Virus record (IMG/VR): IMGVR_UViG_3300010389_000001
Span: 1 to 64,000 of that record
DNA: 64,000 nucleotides
Direction: 5' to 3' (one strand)
In this document: piece after piece, positions 60,664 through 64,000 of the stretch
How the letters are laid out: each line of letters begins with the position of its first letter
Position numbering within the stretch: position 1 is the stretch's first letter
Program-made: the position numbers and the translations under genes
Notes under the pieces: generated by a model
The model's database searches: none
What the model saw: only the letters and a program-made list of their open reading frames with translations
What the model was told of the DNA's origin: nothing

Positions 60664-61509
60664 ATGGCAGATAAAGTTCTGATTGTAGATGGTTATAATA
60701 TGATTCACCGCTGCCGCTTTCAGTGGGGTGGGGGATTGGCGAAGGGTGATAATCAAATTGTATATAACTTCTTTAGAACTTTCAAGGCAACTGTTACCCA
60801 GTTTCAGCCAGACGTGGTGTACTTTCCGCTCGACGGCACCCCAAAGGTAAGGCTTGATCTGGATTCGGAGTATAAGGCAAACCGAAAGATTGACGAGTCT
60901 GATCCCGAAGTAGTAGCTTACTGGAAATACTTTAGGGAGCAAAAAAGAGAGATTATTAGATCTCTGCGAGAAAATTATCCAGTTCGGGTAGTTTATCATC
61001 CGGAAAATGAGTGTGACGACTTGATTTATTATCTAGTTAAGCATCACCACTATAATGATGATGTTACAATTGTTTCTTCAGATACTGATTTTATTCAGAT
61101 TTTAAATGAATTTTCAGACAATGTAAAGCTATACAATCCGGTTGCAAAAAAGTATAGAGAAAATACTCCGTATGATTACGTTGCCTGGAAAGCTATGGTT
61201 GGTGACAAGGCGGATAATATTCCTGGAGTTAGAGGCGTAGGCAAGATTGGTGCAGAAAAGATCCTTCTAAAGAAGGGCGGGCTTCAGGAAAAGCTACTCT
61301 CAGATAAGTTTAGAGAGTCCTACGAGAGTTCTTATAAACTTATCAAGTTCCTTGATTTGAAGGAAGAAGAAAGTAATATAATGATAACAAGTTCTGATCT
61401 TGATATCAATGCAATCGAAAGCGATTTTGAAATGATGAACTTTAATTCAATGCTCAAAGCAGATTACCTAGAATCTTATGAGCAAGAATTCAGCAGACTA
61501 AAGAGGTAA
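60664..61509 (+). CDS. 5'-3' exonuclease/flap endonuclease (T4 RNase H-like)
   Basis: LIVDGYN, YKANR, ECDD, SSDTDF, GDKADNIPGVRGVG. Confidence 0.92.
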   Translation: MADKVLIVDGYNMIHRCRFQWGGGLAKGDNQIVYNFFRTFKATVTQFQPDVVYFPLDGTPKVRLDLDSEYKANRKIDESDPEVVAYWKYFREQKREIIRSLRENYPVRVVYHPENECDDLIYYLVKHHHYNDDVTIVSSDTDFIQILNEFSDNVKLYNPVAKKYRENTPYDYVAWKAMVGDKADNIPGVRGVGKIGAEKILLKKGGLQEKLLSDKFRESYESSYKLIKFLDLKEEESNIMITSSDLDINAIESDFEMMNFNSMLKADYLESYEQEFSRLKR

Positions 61510-61510
61510 C

Positions 61511-62560
61511 ATGAAAACTACGATACTTAAGTGCGAATACATCTGGCTTGACGGAAACAAGACCCAGACTCTACGATCCAAGACAAGAGTTCTTTCGCTT
61601 AGAAGCGAAGAGGAGAACTGGAATTTATCACTAAAAGATATTCCGATGTGGTCTTTTGATGGATCAAGCACCAATCAGGCCGAAACAACTGCTTCAGACC
61701 TAGTTCTTAGGCCAGTATTTGCTTGCGTTGATTCGAATAGGGAGAACGGCGTTGTCGTCCTGTGCGATGTTCTTAATCCAGATATGACTCCGCATGAATC
61801 AAATCATAGAGCAAAGCTTATAGATCAGCTTCTGGAGCACAGAGATTCCGACCCGTTCGTGGGGTTTGAGCAAGAGTATTTCCTCTATGACAATAATGGC
61901 GTCATGGGCTGGGAGGAAGATCCGGAGGCTATGAGGCCGCAGGGTCCATACTATTGTGGAGTAGGCACAGATAATGTAGCCGGGAGAAACTTGGTCGAGT
62001 TGCATCTAACCTCCTGCATTAACTCTGGCTTATCTATCGTCGGTGTGAACGCTGAGGTTGCAAAGGGTCAGTGGGAGTATCAGGTTGGTGGTCCCGGAGT
62101 CAATGTTGTTGCTGCCTGTGATCATCTTTGGGTTTCAAGATTCCTTCTTCAGAGGGTGTGTGAGCTTCAGGGTGTTTCGGTATCATTTGATCCAAAGCCA
62201 GTGACCGGAGATTGGAACGGAAGCGGAATGCATACAAACTTCTCAACGAGATCCATGAGAGAAGCTGGTGGCATTAACGCTATCAATAAGGCGTGCGAGC
62301 TACTCGGGGAGGAGTCTGCGCTTATGGCGGCCAGAGCCAATTACGGAGAGGGCCTTGAAAGAAGGCTTACTGGGAAGCATGAGACTGCAAATATCGATGA
62401 GTATTCTTTTGGTGTTGCCGATAGGTCTGCGTCAGTAAGAATTCCTCTTCACGTTTCTAGAGATGGACAAGGCTATCTTGAAGATAGGCGCCCAAACTCA
62501 AACGCTGACCCCTACCGTGTTACTGCGGTACTGGTATCTAGCCTTGGAGGCTTAGGCTAG
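61511..62560 (+). CDS. glnII: Glutamine synthetase type II
   Basis: EYIWLDG, WSFDGSST, QGPYYCG, NAEVAKGQWEYQVG, DWNGSGMHTNFST, YLEDRRP. Confidence 0.93.
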   Translation: MKTTILKCEYIWLDGNKTQTLRSKTRVLSLRSEEENWNLSLKDIPMWSFDGSSTNQAETTASDLVLRPVFACVDSNRENGVVVLCDVLNPDMTPHESNHRAKLIDQLLEHRDSDPFVGFEQEYFLYDNNGVMGWEEDPEAMRPQGPYYCGVGTDNVAGRNLVELHLTSCINSGLSIVGVNAEVAKGQWEYQVGGPGVNVVAACDHLWVSRFLLQRVCELQGVSVSFDPKPVTGDWNGSGMHTNFSTRSMREAGGINAINKACELLGEESALMAARANYGEGLERRLTGKHETANIDEYSFGVADRSASVRIPLHVSRDGQGYLEDRRPNSNADPYRVTAVLVSSLGGLG

Positions 62561-62965
62561 TCGTGGGCAGAAAAATCGACAAATACTATAAATACCTTGA
62601 GGTTGATCAGGGTAATGGTATTACGGCTTTTGGGTGGACCGATGCTGATTCTATAGATAAGAATCAAGATTATGTATTAAGCTATCCGTCTAGATCAAAG
62701 AAAACTTCAGAAGAAGATCTGGAGTGGTCAAGCAAAGAAGGCTGTAGCGCAACTGCGCTTGTCGATTACGCAACTTACGTTGAGAGGCTAACTGGGGAAT
62801 CTCCGCAGGGCTTCTTCGATGAGTGGGAAGAAAAAATAGACTTATACGATGAATCTAAAGAAAGCTGGAGAGAGGGATCTGCGGAGTTTATATTAAATCT
62901 ATGCAGACTAATCTTGGGAGAGAAAGCTAGCTTCACACAATTTGGAAGAGTTTATAAAAGAGTCA

Positions 62966-63532
62966 ATGTCGAAAGCTAAAAAGATCTATTATAGCAATCC
63001 TGTTAATCCGCACAATTTTCGAGATAGAACCAGGCGACAAAGATATGAAACAAAAAAGTCTAATTCCAACGACTTAAATCTATCAATAGCAACGATAAAC
63101 TTCTCTAATGATGAGAACTTGGCCTTCACGATTAGGGGTGCTGCTTGTTTCGGAGTAAGAGACATTTACATTATAGGTTCTGTGCCGCCCAGATCTTTTC
63201 TAAATTCCAGGTCTGGGTCACTGTACGATTACGTAAACATTAAGTCTTTCTCAAGGCCCTCAACTTTTCTGAGATTCTGCAGAGATAATGAGATCGACTT
63301 ATTTAGTTTAGATATTACGGATGACTCACGGTCAATATATGATGTGGAGTTTTCTGCAGAAAAAAAGTCTGCAATCGTCCTGGGGCATGAAACAATGGGC
63401 ATTCCTGCAGAGATCTTGTTTAACAGCAAACATATTCATATTCCGATGCCAGGAGTTGGATACTGTTTAAATGTAAGTCAAGCCGGCACAGTTGCCATGA
63501 GCGAGTTCTTTAGAAAGACACTAACACGATAG
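62966..63532 (+). CDS. TrmH/SpoU-family RNA methyltransferase
   Basis: NLAFTIRGAACFG, VLGHETMGIP, IPMPG...LNVSQA. Confidence 0.85.
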   Translation: MSKAKKIYYSNPVNPHNFRDRTRRQRYETKKSNSNDLNLSIATINFSNDENLAFTIRGAACFGVRDIYIIGSVPPRSFLNSRSGSLYDYVNIKSFSRPSTFLRFCRDNEIDLFSLDITDDSRSIYDVEFSAEKKSAIVLGHETMGIPAEILFNSKHIHIPMPGVGYCLNVSQAGTVAMSEFFRKTLTR

Positions 63533-64000
63533 GGAGCAAAAATGAGCGAAGAAAGAGAAGACTTTATTTACTTTACCTACGACAATCGAACTTCAGGAAA
63601 TGCTGAAGGGCAAGGCGGGAGTGATGAGCGCCGTAAAGTGCAGGTCTCTAGAGAGACATGGGAGAGGGGTTGGCTCAATTACTGGAAGCATGTTGAGCGA
63701 ACTATGGCTACAGAGCTGCCCTCAGAAGAGTAGGTCGAAAAGCCCTGTTACCCTTGGCCCACAGCCTCTTTTGCTAGGCTGTGGATTTTCTCTTTTATGG
63801 GACTCCAATGCTTTTCGGATAGATGCTCTGAGGCAAGCTCTATCCCCAAGAGTCCAAATATTTGGAATAGGAAATCTCCGATGCCAAAGATAACGGCCGC
63901 AATCTTTGTTAGCACTGGTTCGGGGGCAGCAAGTAAAGCTAAGCTGATTGTATCAAGTATCAGTGCGATACCGTTTGTAATAGAGAATACTAGGTCTAGC

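Noticed and set aside
45-64000. Stop-codon reassignment as seen in some jumbo phages
   Set aside because: Conserved genes are full length in the standard code and end in TAA, TAG and TGA; no suppressor tRNA seen

Overview
A 64-kb segment of a large (jumbo-type) dsDNA bacteriophage genome; bases 1-44 are Nextera adapter carry-over. An AT-rich block (to ~3.85 kb) switches abruptly to a GC-rich early-type region (~4-18 kb) built from single-gene modules. That region opens with a 17-unit TGTCA array at an 11-bp period (Pho-box-like), placed before a gene with an OmpR/PhoB-like C-terminus. Its modules share one conserved promoter (TTG-N5-TATCC-N6-GGTTA, ~27 copies by eye) and dozens of GGGCAA-N4-TTTACA boxes phased 33-34 bp apart and 23 or 34 bp before the -35. 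Downstream is a dispersed translation-related set: tRNAs (a group I intron/LAGLIDADG-split tRNA-Asn, an intact tRNA-Leu nested in a decayed intron/HNH-bearing tRNA-Leu, a long-variable-arm tRNA-Thr, a D-arm-less tRNA-Arg-like RNA), tmRNA, LysRS, TilS, TrmH, NusG and a TROVE/Ro60-like protein preceded by three CAGCAA hairpins. About a dozen otherwise unrelated proteins share an N-terminal ~30-aa leader ending in K-x-A/S, a candidate virion-packaging signal. Other recognisable genes are ArdC, Hsp20, an RpoH-like sigma factor, DNA ligase, UvsE, AsnB, glutamine synthetase II and a 5'-3' exonuclease. All calls come from manual motif recognition; no database searches were run.
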